From Pseudomonadota bacterium (lineage in GTDB: Bacteria; Pseudomonadota; Alphaproteobacteria; Paracaedibacterales; CAIOTO01), in assembly GCA_040389165.1 (NCBI GenBank), contig JAZKAK010000048.1, forward strand, positions 4,022-68,021: a stretch of 64,000 nt of DNA, read 5' to 3'. Numbering within the stretch: the stretch's first letter is position 1; every line of letters begins with the position of its first letter. A program made the translations under genes and the position numbers. Below the pieces are notes generated by a model. It had not been told where the DNA came from. It saw only the letters and a list, made by a program, of their open reading frames with translations, and ran no database searches. Shown here one piece after another: positions 20,547-27,935 of the stretch.

Positions 20547-21545
20547 ATGACTGTTGCACGTCAATTTTATAAATACCTTGCGCTCCCCCTGCCGCTGATT
20601 TTATCAGCAAGTGAATTATCACTTGTTCATGCAAATGTGACGCCTTCTCAGAAAACAACTCCCAGACAAAAATCGTATCGTATTGCCGAGAAGCTAGATG
20701 CGATTCTAAATGGATATCAGCTGACGTATGATATTGATCGTCGCTCTGTTGATTCAGCCATGCAGCCGGCAGCAGTTCAGCCCGTAATACCTACAGATGT
20801 TATTCGTAAAATCGTGTATTTTATTGATAATAATCTACCTATTGATATCCGCATGGTTGGTTTTCCTTTTAAATCGATCAATCAGAATAGCAAAGTTATT
20901 GATCAAAAGGCAGATATGGCGGAACGATTGAGTTTGCAGTACCTGCAAGGCATGATTGATAAGATCAATGTTGTCTATTCGAAAGGTGCCACACTTACAA
21001 TTATATGTGATGGAATTGCATTTGGTGATGTGCTTGGCGTCGATAATGTGCACATTCAATTGTATGAAGATACGTTGCGAACGCTTTCCAAAGACCTACC
21101 TGGAATTCGCATTCTGGGATCGAAAGAGCTAGGGTGCACAAGCGCTGATTTTCAAAAGGAAATAGCTGAAACAATTTCTGCTGATGATGAATTATTGCTA
21201 AAACGCATGGCTTTAGAATTGAATCAAAGCACCATCACAGATGATGTCCTTATAAAGGCAAAACAAATCGGTGCCCGAAGTCAACAATTCGGTGCGTTTA
21301 TTAAAGATAAATTTAAAGACCAAAACTACATTTCCGCTTCTGTTCATTTCCAACCGAGCACGTCAAGCAAACTAGGGCTCAAGCTTTCCCCTGATTCTTA
21401 TATTACCCCTTGGCATGGCGCCCTTGTAAAAGAGGAAAACGGCCGATGGCGTATTAGTCACCGTGAAGATATTGATCAAACACACTATGTGCAAACAGGC
21501 GCGTATGTGAATCAATGTTGGTGTGTCTTTTTTAAGGCCAGATAG
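20547..21545 (+). CDS. PvcA/Dit1-family (isonitrile synthase-like) protein with signal-like N-terminus
   Basis: VGFPFKSINQNSKVIDQKADMAERLSLQYLQGMIDKINVVYSKGATLTIICDGIAFGDVLGV parallels the PvcA block AFPAKSPN..KVLG..PDMGE..AL.FL..L...I..IY.PGA.LTI.SDG.VF.DL.GV. The C-terminal SVHFQP...KLGLKL...YITPWHG parallels LSIHPQ...KFGI.L....W.TPWHG. Confidence 0.75.
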   Translation: MTVARQFYKYLALPLPLILSASELSLVHANVTPSQKTTPRQKSYRIAEKLDAILNGYQLTYDIDRRSVDSAMQPAAVQPVIPTDVIRKIVYFIDNNLPIDIRMVGFPFKSINQNSKVIDQKADMAERLSLQYLQGMIDKINVVYSKGATLTIICDGIAFGDVLGVDNVHIQLYEDTLRTLSKDLPGIRILGSKELGCTSADFQKEIAETISADDELLLKRMALELNQSTITDDVLIKAKQIGARSQQFGAFIKDKFKDQNYISASVHFQPSTSSKLGLKLSPDSYITPWHGALVKEENGRWRISHREDIDQTHYVQTGAYVNQCWCVFFKAR

Positions 21546-21682
21546 CCGCTTCACTTTCCCAATTCATCCATACTTATTTTGCTCAATTCATAAAGATTGT
21601 GTGAAATCCGTATAACTCTTCAATCTTTTTTGAAGAGAACGCCACTACTTTGTCAATTTCATATATTAAAAGGAATATTTTT

Positions 21683-22738
21683 ATGAAAACTAAATTAAAT
21701 TACACTAGAAAATCATTGGTAATTGCTTTGCTCATGACAACACATTGTGCGACAGCTTCTTCCGTATTTTGTATGGAAGATCTGCCGCAGTCTGAGGCAG
21801 CTCATACATCTGGCATGAACGTTATTGCTACTCCCGCATGTTTGAAAGCGTCCCCTATTGCATTTGATAAAATGTCAGTTACAGATAGGGAAATCATTAC
21901 TAGGCATATAGATAGCTTGCCACGAATGCAAGAAAGTGGCGACGCTATAGCTCGTTTAACTGGATTTCTAAAAAAATGTATCAAAAACAAGCCGCAGGCG
22001 CCACTCTATGATTTAATACAGCAAGCAATTGTTGATGGAGAACCATTGCAGTGCGTTATGCTTGGTTTTCCTGTGAAATCACAGGATATGCGTGAAGTGT
22101 ATGATTCAAAGGCTGGACTGGGCGATCTGTTAAGTTTGCTCACTTTGCATCATATTGCCTATGAAATCCAAAAAGTCCATGCGCCGGGGGCTAAATTTCA
22201 AATTATAAGTGACTATGTTGCATTAAAAAAGATTGTTGCACATGAGTCTGCAGAAATTTATCAAAGAGATATTCAAAGGCTAATCGATTTGTTTCCAGGA
22301 ACTCTTGAATACGATAGAAGTTTTCATGATGCAGAATTCGCCTATGTTGTTTCTGAAGAACAAGCGCAAAACACACGTTATGAAAAAGCATCATATACGC
22401 ATGATGAAAAAAAGATTGCTGAAGCTAAGGCAAAATCAAGTGGATTTAGTGATTACATAACGGGAATGTTGAAAAATATCCCCCATATTCGATTTTCGGT
22501 GCATCACTATAACAATGGAAAATCGAATAAACTTACATTGCCCTTTTTTAGTAAGAAATTAGGGGCACCGTGTCATCATGTCTGCACGGTTAATGCTGAT
22601 TCTAAGTGTGCTCTTGGTAAATATAAAACACAAGAAGGGCATCTTGTTGGAGAAATACGTGCATTCGAGCTGCCAACAATGGATGGGTCAATTATTCCTT
22701 TAACCTACTTTAAAAATTTAGAGGAACAGCATTCATAA
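21683..22738 (+). CDS. divergent PvcA/Dit1-family paralog with signal peptide
   Basis: LGFPVKSQDMREVYDSKAGLGDLLSLLTLHHIAYEIQKVHAPGAKFQIISDY and FSVHHYNNGKSNKLTLPF align to the same blocks as the upstream gene. SDG becomes SDY and TPWH becomes APCH. The ATG at 21683 has an AAGGA RBS. Signal SLVIALLMTTHCATASS. Confidence 0.55.
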   Translation: MKTKLNYTRKSLVIALLMTTHCATASSVFCMEDLPQSEAAHTSGMNVIATPACLKASPIAFDKMSVTDREIITRHIDSLPRMQESGDAIARLTGFLKKCIKNKPQAPLYDLIQQAIVDGEPLQCVMLGFPVKSQDMREVYDSKAGLGDLLSLLTLHHIAYEIQKVHAPGAKFQIISDYVALKKIVAHESAEIYQRDIQRLIDLFPGTLEYDRSFHDAEFAYVVSEEQAQNTRYEKASYTHDEKKIAEAKAKSSGFSDYITGMLKNIPHIRFSVHHYNNGKSNKLTLPFFSKKLGAPCHHVCTVNADSKCALGKYKTQEGHLVGEIRAFELPTMDGSIIPLTYFKNLEEQHS

Positions 22739-23225
22739 TCCACTCTTTCCACTCTCTTAATTGATTAAGATCCTGATCAATGGCGGCCATGGTGTCGCTT
22801 TGGTCAGGCGTTTCATCACTCAACCAAATGTGAAGCCAGTGATTAAAATACGCCGTGTACATATGCAAACGTGCTTTGCTTGCAAAGTCATTGGGCGCTA
22901 GCGAAAGCTGACAAAATAGCCGAGTGAAAAAACCATGTGCTAGGGGAACAAAATCTTTTACTATGCAGGGCGACGAAAGCATATCAGGGGAAATTCGCTT
23001 GATTGCAGCTTTGTCTGGCAACATGGTGTCAAACAGTATTAATGTTGCTTCGAGCAAACGATCATGAATAGGCAAGTCGGCATCAATCGAAGAAATCTGT
23101 GGTTCTATTATTGATTCGGCATAATACACATAGGCTGCCAGCGTTTCGATCGGTGCATCGCCAAGGCCGCGGAGCCCCATAGATTCGATCGCGTCATGAT
23201 CAAATGGATTCTTCATGAATTTCAT
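22710..23225 (-). CDS. hypothetical protein, possible COQ9-like / TetR_C-like helical domain
   Basis: C-terminal DFASKARLHMYTAYFNHWLHIWLSDETPDQSDTMAAIDQDL resembles the COQ9-domain pattern (D..Y.KR..L..vY....l.wl.D.S.d...T..flD..l). No HTH is present. Weak call. Confidence 0.35.
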   Translation of the reverse strand: MKFMKNPFDHDAIESMGLRGLGDAPIETLAAYVYYAESIIEPQISSIDADLPIHDRLLEATLILFDTMLPDKAAIKRISPDMLSSPCIVKDFVPLAHGFFTRLFCQLSLAPNDFASKARLHMYTAYFNHWLHIWLSDETPDQSDTMAAIDQDLNQLREWKEWIMNAVPLNF

Positions 23226-23347
23226 TACACAATTTAGTTAAGCTCTTCTTTTTGGATAACCTTTATTGCGTATAAGTGCAAATCATATTTGCATTTTTGG
23301 CTAAAGATTTGTATCGTCAGGGCATAGAAACAAAAAAGAGAAGAATT

Positions 23348-23596
23348 ATGGAAGAATCAGTTATTGGTGGCGTTTCAGGTGCTGAATTAAGACAATTTAT
23401 TGAACGTATCGAGAATCTTGAGCAAGAAAAAGCAGAGCTTGGTGAGCAAATTCGCGATACGATGAGCGAAGCCAAGGCACAAGGGTTTGATGTTAAAATT
23501 TTGCGTCAACTTATTCGTATGCGTAAGATGAAAAAAGAAGACTTGGCAGAGCAAGAAGAATTGCTCGAGCTATATCGCCGTGCACTTGGCGAATAA
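23348..23596 (+). CDS. gapR: UPF0335/DUF2312 protein (GapR-type nucleoid-associated protein)
   Basis: LRQFIERIENLEQEKAELGEQIRD...AKAQGFDVKILRQLIRMRKM is the hallmark UPF0335 sequence. The start is set at MEESVIGG (ATG 23348). Confidence 0.8.
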   Translation: MEESVIGGVSGAELRQFIERIENLEQEKAELGEQIRDTMSEAKAQGFDVKILRQLIRMRKMKKEDLAEQEELLELYRRALGE

Positions 23597-23892
23597 TACC
23601 AATTCCCGAAATAAATGATTGCTTCAACTTTCTGCACTATCTGTGCTGCTCATGTACTGAAGCATGCTACCCGTCACTTTTATTTTTCTTACTGTCATTC
23701 CCGCGGAGGCGGGGATCCAGGCTGTTTAGCTCTCCCCAAACTCACGGTTTTTAAAGGGGCTTTTCTGGATTCCCGCCTCCGCGGGAATGACAAGGGTGGA
23801 GTGACAAAAAGTGACGGGTAGCATGGTACTGAAGTACATTCCGCTGCTCGAATCTTGAAATCTTAGCACTGATTTATTTGGGGAAATGGTAT
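23596..23892. repeat. palindromic element, family C, interrupted by a family B element
   Basis: Left arm ATACCAATTCCCGAAATAAATGATTGCT... and right arm ...AGCACTGATTTATTTGGGGAAATGGTAT are reverse complements. It begins on the gapR stop codon (TAATACCAATT). A third partial end (CCAATTTCAC) follows at 23897. Confidence 0.75.
23663..23826. mobile_element. MITE-like element, family B, with perfect TIRs and 9-bp target-site duplication
   Basis: 19-bp perfect TIR CATGCTACCCGTCACTTTT / AAAAGTGACGGGTAGCATG. Flanked by GTACTGAAG at 23654-23662 and 23827-23835. Internal inverted pair GTCATTCCCGCGGAGGCGGGGATCCAG / CTGGATTCCCGCCTCCGCGGGAATGAC. Confidence 0.8.
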
Positions 23893-23933
23893 AGTTCCAA
23901 TTTCACACACGGTATAATTTAGGATAAGCACTC

Positions 23934-24683
23934 TTGAAACGACGCATTCCTGCCTTTAGTCTGCTTGAAATGGCATTGGTGTTATCGATTATCGGTATCA
24001 TTTCCGCATACGCAATTCCAGCATGGTTGCACGCACGGGCGACGGCTCGACGCGTTGAAACGGATGCTAAATTAGAATCAGTGATTTATGCACTGGCTGG
24101 ATACGTGCAGATGCACAAACGATTGCCAAACCCTGCTGATCCGATCGCAACCGGAGAGGAAGCCGGGCTCGAGAGAAGTGACCTGACGACAGGAATTTTG
24201 CCGTATCGAACGCTTGCTGTTCAAGAAAGTGATGTAAAAGATGGGTTTCGTCATTGGATTAGCTATTCTGCGTCACATATATTAACAGCTAAGCCTGGCA
24301 CGTCAAGGCCAACGGGCGTAGGCGCGGGCGCAGGTGTGAGTCGTGCATTGCCAAGCGCTACGTGCGATGAGTGTAATCCCATTTGCCGTATTAGACCTTA
24401 TGGTGCTCGATTAGATGTGTGTGATGCACAAGGGCAATCGCTATTATCACAGGTACATATAGAAGATTTTATTGCGTTTGTGCTTGTTAGCCACGGGCCA
24501 TCTGGCGCGGGATCTTTTGATGATCTAGGGCAGCGAAAGCAGGCTATAGGTGATAAATTGAAGAATTTTGGTGCCACTTCATTTATAGATCGCCCCATTA
24601 CGAAGGAATATGATGATCGCGTGCGCTGGGTGTCGCGGAATAATTTAATGGCAATGTATGCAAAGCAGCCGTGCAAGCCTTAA
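23934..24683 (+). CDS. prepilin-type N-terminal domain protein (pseudopilin-like), TTG start
   Basis: MKRRIPAFSLLEMALVLSIIGIISAYAIPAW resembles the cleavage/methylation motif (G/A-F-S-L-L-E plus a hydrophobic helix). The rest of the protein is unrecognised. Confidence 0.55.
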   Translation: MKRRIPAFSLLEMALVLSIIGIISAYAIPAWLHARATARRVETDAKLESVIYALAGYVQMHKRLPNPADPIATGEEAGLERSDLTTGILPYRTLAVQESDVKDGFRHWISYSASHILTAKPGTSRPTGVGAGAGVSRALPSATCDECNPICRIRPYGARLDVCDAQGQSLLSQVHIEDFIAFVLVSHGPSGAGSFDDLGQRKQAIGDKLKNFGATSFIDRPITKEYDDRVRWVSRNNLMAMYAKQPCKP

Positions 24684-24887
24684 GAGCATATTTTTTCCAC
24701 ATCAGTGTCTTGCTGGACGATCTCAATCATTAATGAAATATTAACTGCTTACAAGCGATAATAAGGAGTCGTTTGTATAAAAGTTTAATAAAATTGCATG
24801 TGTATGTTTGTTAAACACGGTTTTCTGTTATTAGGATTATGCTTATTTAGCGTGATTTTTACACGTATGCATTGGATTAAAGCGTGT

Positions 24888-27611
24888 ATGAAGATGATAC
24901 GTTTTAATGTATGTGTTTTTATGACTGTGTTGTTTGGAATAGCCTCTCTGGGTTGCGGTACTACTTTAAATTTACCTTCAGGCACTGGAGGCGCGCCAAA
25001 TGCAACAGCATGGGGAACAAGTGGAGCTGTAGGGACAGCCGCCGGTAATGCCATTGCGACAGCGAATGGGGGAGGGGTAGCTGCCACATTTGGTGTTACT
25101 TCTCAATACGTTCTTCAGACGCCTGCATACTTTGATATTAGTGCATTGGGCGCAGGCGCTTTTACCATCGATCCAGCGACATCAGACGTCATCAATATTG
25201 GTGGAATGACATTTACGGTCAATGCAGTATCTGGTCAAACAGTTACATTTGGTGCAGCGCTTAAAAATTTGCAAGTTAGCACAGGCGGAGGGCTTACTGT
25301 TTCAGGCGGTGGCTCTGTAAAATTTGATAATACAAATAGCACAAAACAATACAACCCAGGCATGGATATTGGTGCCCTTTATATTGACGGATCAACCGTT
25401 ACATTGCCGGTCTCAAGTATGTTTGGAACTGGACAGTCTGTTAGTAATAGTTCTTATTCATCAATTACGTTAGCTAATGGCTCAACTTTGATTTTAAATA
25501 GTCGCGTTGCCATTGGTTCGCGATTTGGTGGGATCAGTGTTGATATTAACGTTTTGGATTCAAACTCCACCATCCAATTGGCAGGTGGTGCAATAACAGC
25601 ATATATAACACCTATTTTCAATACAAACACTTATAATAATGGCAGTGGCGATACAGTACCTGACACGCTTAACATTAATACAAATGGCGGCATATTGAAT
25701 ATGTATGGCAATAATGTTAACGGCACAACAGGAACTGCAATCACACTTAATGTGAATGATACTGCCACATCTACCGGCTCCATAAATTTATATGGTAGTC
25801 ACAGTGTTAGTGCCGGAGGAGCTGATTATTCCAACACCAATGTTAACGTCACATCAGGAAGATTGAATCTTTATTTGGATGCTGATAGTCAATCCCTTCA
25901 AAACATCACTATGACTGGTGGAACCGTTACCGGATCAGCTTACATAGGTGTTGATGTCACGATGTCAGGTGCATCGAAAATGAATGCTGTAAATAGCACA
26001 ATGAATGCTGTAAATATCACAATGAATAATTTAACTATGTCTGGGACAGCTAGCGTTTCTGGCAGGATTCAAACGTGTGCCGATCTTAATTTAAGCGATA
26101 ATGCTGTTTTTGCACCGTCAACCGGAACAACAGTTGTTGGGGGGAATCTAAACGCTAATTCCGAAACACCGAGTTATGTGGTCAGTTATGATGGCACAAA
26201 CATCAGTAATGTTAACGTTACAGGAACAGCTGATGTATCTGCTCTTCAGATAGAGTTACTTCTTTCTGCTGGCACTTATTCTACTGGCAGCCAAAATTTT
26301 ATTATTATGACATCTGCTGGACTTACCGTCCCCACAGTAGAACCGAAATGGAATATAGATGGGGTATTTCTTGACTCAGGTAAGATAATACCCGCAACAG
26401 GTGATGAGGTGGATCTATCATTGACGTCAGACGGTTCTCAGTTAACCCTTGCATTAACGATTAATAAAACTCTGTACGTTAATACACCTGTAGTTACTGA
26501 TTATGTCGAACCCTTTACACCGACATCTGCACCGTCCACCATTGTTGATACTGCCTCCCTCATCAATGCGACATTTAGTAATTCTGCCAGTTCCAGCGAT
26601 ACGATGATGCAAAGTACCCAGGATAATTTCCGCTTCGCAAGTACCTCCACGAATCCCTTCTTGCCACGCAGTGCGCAATCAACGAACGTATCGCTGCTTG
26701 AGAGTATTATTCGTGCAACAGAAGCCAGCGGCCCCATTAGCGTTGAGCGCAATGAAACACGTATCTGGGCAAGTCCTTATACGTCACGATCACGCGTGAA
26801 TAATTCAGCAGCGGGCATCGGGCAACAGGGTTGGAGCGGCGGATCGCTCATAGGGTTTGAAAAACGTGATGTAAAGAATATTTGGACAGTGGGCATGCTG
26901 ACAGGACTTACGCTTTCTAAGTTTCACAATAATGGTGATCCCGACACACATTCAAAAGCAAATGGCTATGTGATGGGTATATACAATACGCTGAAATACA
27001 CGGATAACAAGGATGCAGGGAATTTTGGGCACGAAGTGCTGATTTCACGCATTACAAACCTGAACACCATGCAACGCCGTGGCGAACAAAGCACGATCAC
27101 CTATTTTGCAAAGGCTGCGAATACGTCTGTTACGAATCTTGGAAATGCCCAGTTTAATTATATTTTCAATTTAGAAAAAGCAGTTACATGTCGTTTGAGT
27201 CTTGGCGGAACCTATACGGATGAAACAGAAGGCGCGTACACAGAAACCAATGCAGGCATGTATGGTAATCGGGTGGGCGGTAAAAATACGAAGTCGGGCG
27301 AGGTTTATTTTGGTCCGGGTCTACGTCACATATGGAAAGACGGCCCACGTACATATCGTTTGACGGGTGTGTATGAATATGGTGTGAGTGTTTATAACAA
27401 AGGAAATACGCAAACAACGACGACACTCGCTGCGATGCCGCACGTACTTACCAACGCCCCGAGTGGCGGTAAAAACAAGCATTACCTGCAGTTGAATGGT
27501 TCGTATTTAAATAAGGAAACAGGGCTTAAATTCTCAGGTGCCTATTCAGGGACCTTTTATAAAGATACGCAGAATCACACATTTACCGCCAAGGCCGAGT
27601 TGCGTTTTTGA
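24888..27611 (+). CDS. autotransporter (type Va) with G/T/N/S-rich passenger and C-terminal beta-barrel
   Basis: The C-terminal ~280 aa shows amphipathic beta-strand periodicity and ends ...FTAKAELRF (terminal Phe), with the junction motif ETRIWASPY. The start is set at MKMIRFNVCVFMTVLFGIASLGCG (signal/lipobox-like). The track ORF starts at 24798. Confidence 0.85.
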   Translation: MKMIRFNVCVFMTVLFGIASLGCGTTLNLPSGTGGAPNATAWGTSGAVGTAAGNAIATANGGGVAATFGVTSQYVLQTPAYFDISALGAGAFTIDPATSDVINIGGMTFTVNAVSGQTVTFGAALKNLQVSTGGGLTVSGGGSVKFDNTNSTKQYNPGMDIGALYIDGSTVTLPVSSMFGTGQSVSNSSYSSITLANGSTLILNSRVAIGSRFGGISVDINVLDSNSTIQLAGGAITAYITPIFNTNTYNNGSGDTVPDTLNINTNGGILNMYGNNVNGTTGTAITLNVNDTATSTGSINLYGSHSVSAGGADYSNTNVNVTSGRLNLYLDADSQSLQNITMTGGTVTGSAYIGVDVTMSGASKMNAVNSTMNAVNITMNNLTMSGTASVSGRIQTCADLNLSDNAVFAPSTGTTVVGGNLNANSETPSYVVSYDGTNISNVNVTGTADVSALQIELLLSAGTYSTGSQNFIIMTSAGLTVPTVEPKWNIDGVFLDSGKIIPATGDEVDLSLTSDGSQLTLALTINKTLYVNTPVVTDYVEPFTPTSAPSTIVDTASLINATFSNSASSSDTMMQSTQDNFRFASTSTNPFLPRSAQSTNVSLLESIIRATEASGPISVERNETRIWASPYTSRSRVNNSAAGIGQQGWSGGSLIGFEKRDVKNIWTVGMLTGLTLSKFHNNGDPDTHSKANGYVMGIYNTLKYTDNKDAGNFGHEVLISRITNLNTMQRRGEQSTITYFAKAANTSVTNLGNAQFNYIFNLEKAVTCRLSLGGTYTDETEGAYTETNAGMYGNRVGGKNTKSGEVYFGPGLRHIWKDGPRTYRLTGVYEYGVSVYNKGNTQTTTTLAAMPHVLTNAPSGGKNKHYLQLNGSYLNKETGLKFSGAYSGTFYKDTQNHTFTAKAELRF

Positions 27612-27754
27612 TATAAAAGATTGGCCGTTGATAACTGTGGTTGCTGAGAGTGTGTTTTTAGCGTCATTCAATACCACGTGATTAATTCTATCAAATTGGC
27701 TATGATGTTATTTGTAAGATTAAAAATAGTAACTATTAACGTGCGTTCTCATTT

Positions 27755-27915
27755 TTAAATGTGTCATCTTTGGGCTTGACCCGAAGATCTCTCCAGTTGA
27801 AAGCGTGCACTGTCTTATTATATGGTTAGTATTTGCCGTCTGATCTTTATAGATCCTCGTGTCAAGCACGAGGATGACAAGGGAGGTGAGATGACAAGGG
27901 TGATAGTTACTTAAA
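27755..27915. repeat. degenerate palindromic element with two hairpin modules
   Basis: GTCATCTTTGGGCTTGACCCGAAGATCTC and TATAGATCCTCGTGTCAAGCACGAGGATGAC modules. The right end GATGACAAGGGTGATAGTTAC resembles a decayed B-type terminus. Confidence 0.5.
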
Positions 27916-27935
27916 AACAATAACGTGGTTTTTCG

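Noticed and set aside
19616-23225. tRNA-Leu-associated genomic island carrying the PvcA-like genes
   Set aside because: I found no repeat of the tRNA 3' end downstream and no integrase, and the first gene after the tRNA (RNase D-like) looks like core. The island hypothesis is unsupported by the sequence I can see.
23615-23821. 68-aa ORF (…HSRGGGDPGCL…RLRGNDKGG…)
   Set aside because: It lies entirely within the nested palindromic elements. Its peptide is the translation of hairpin modules, a common false-gene source.
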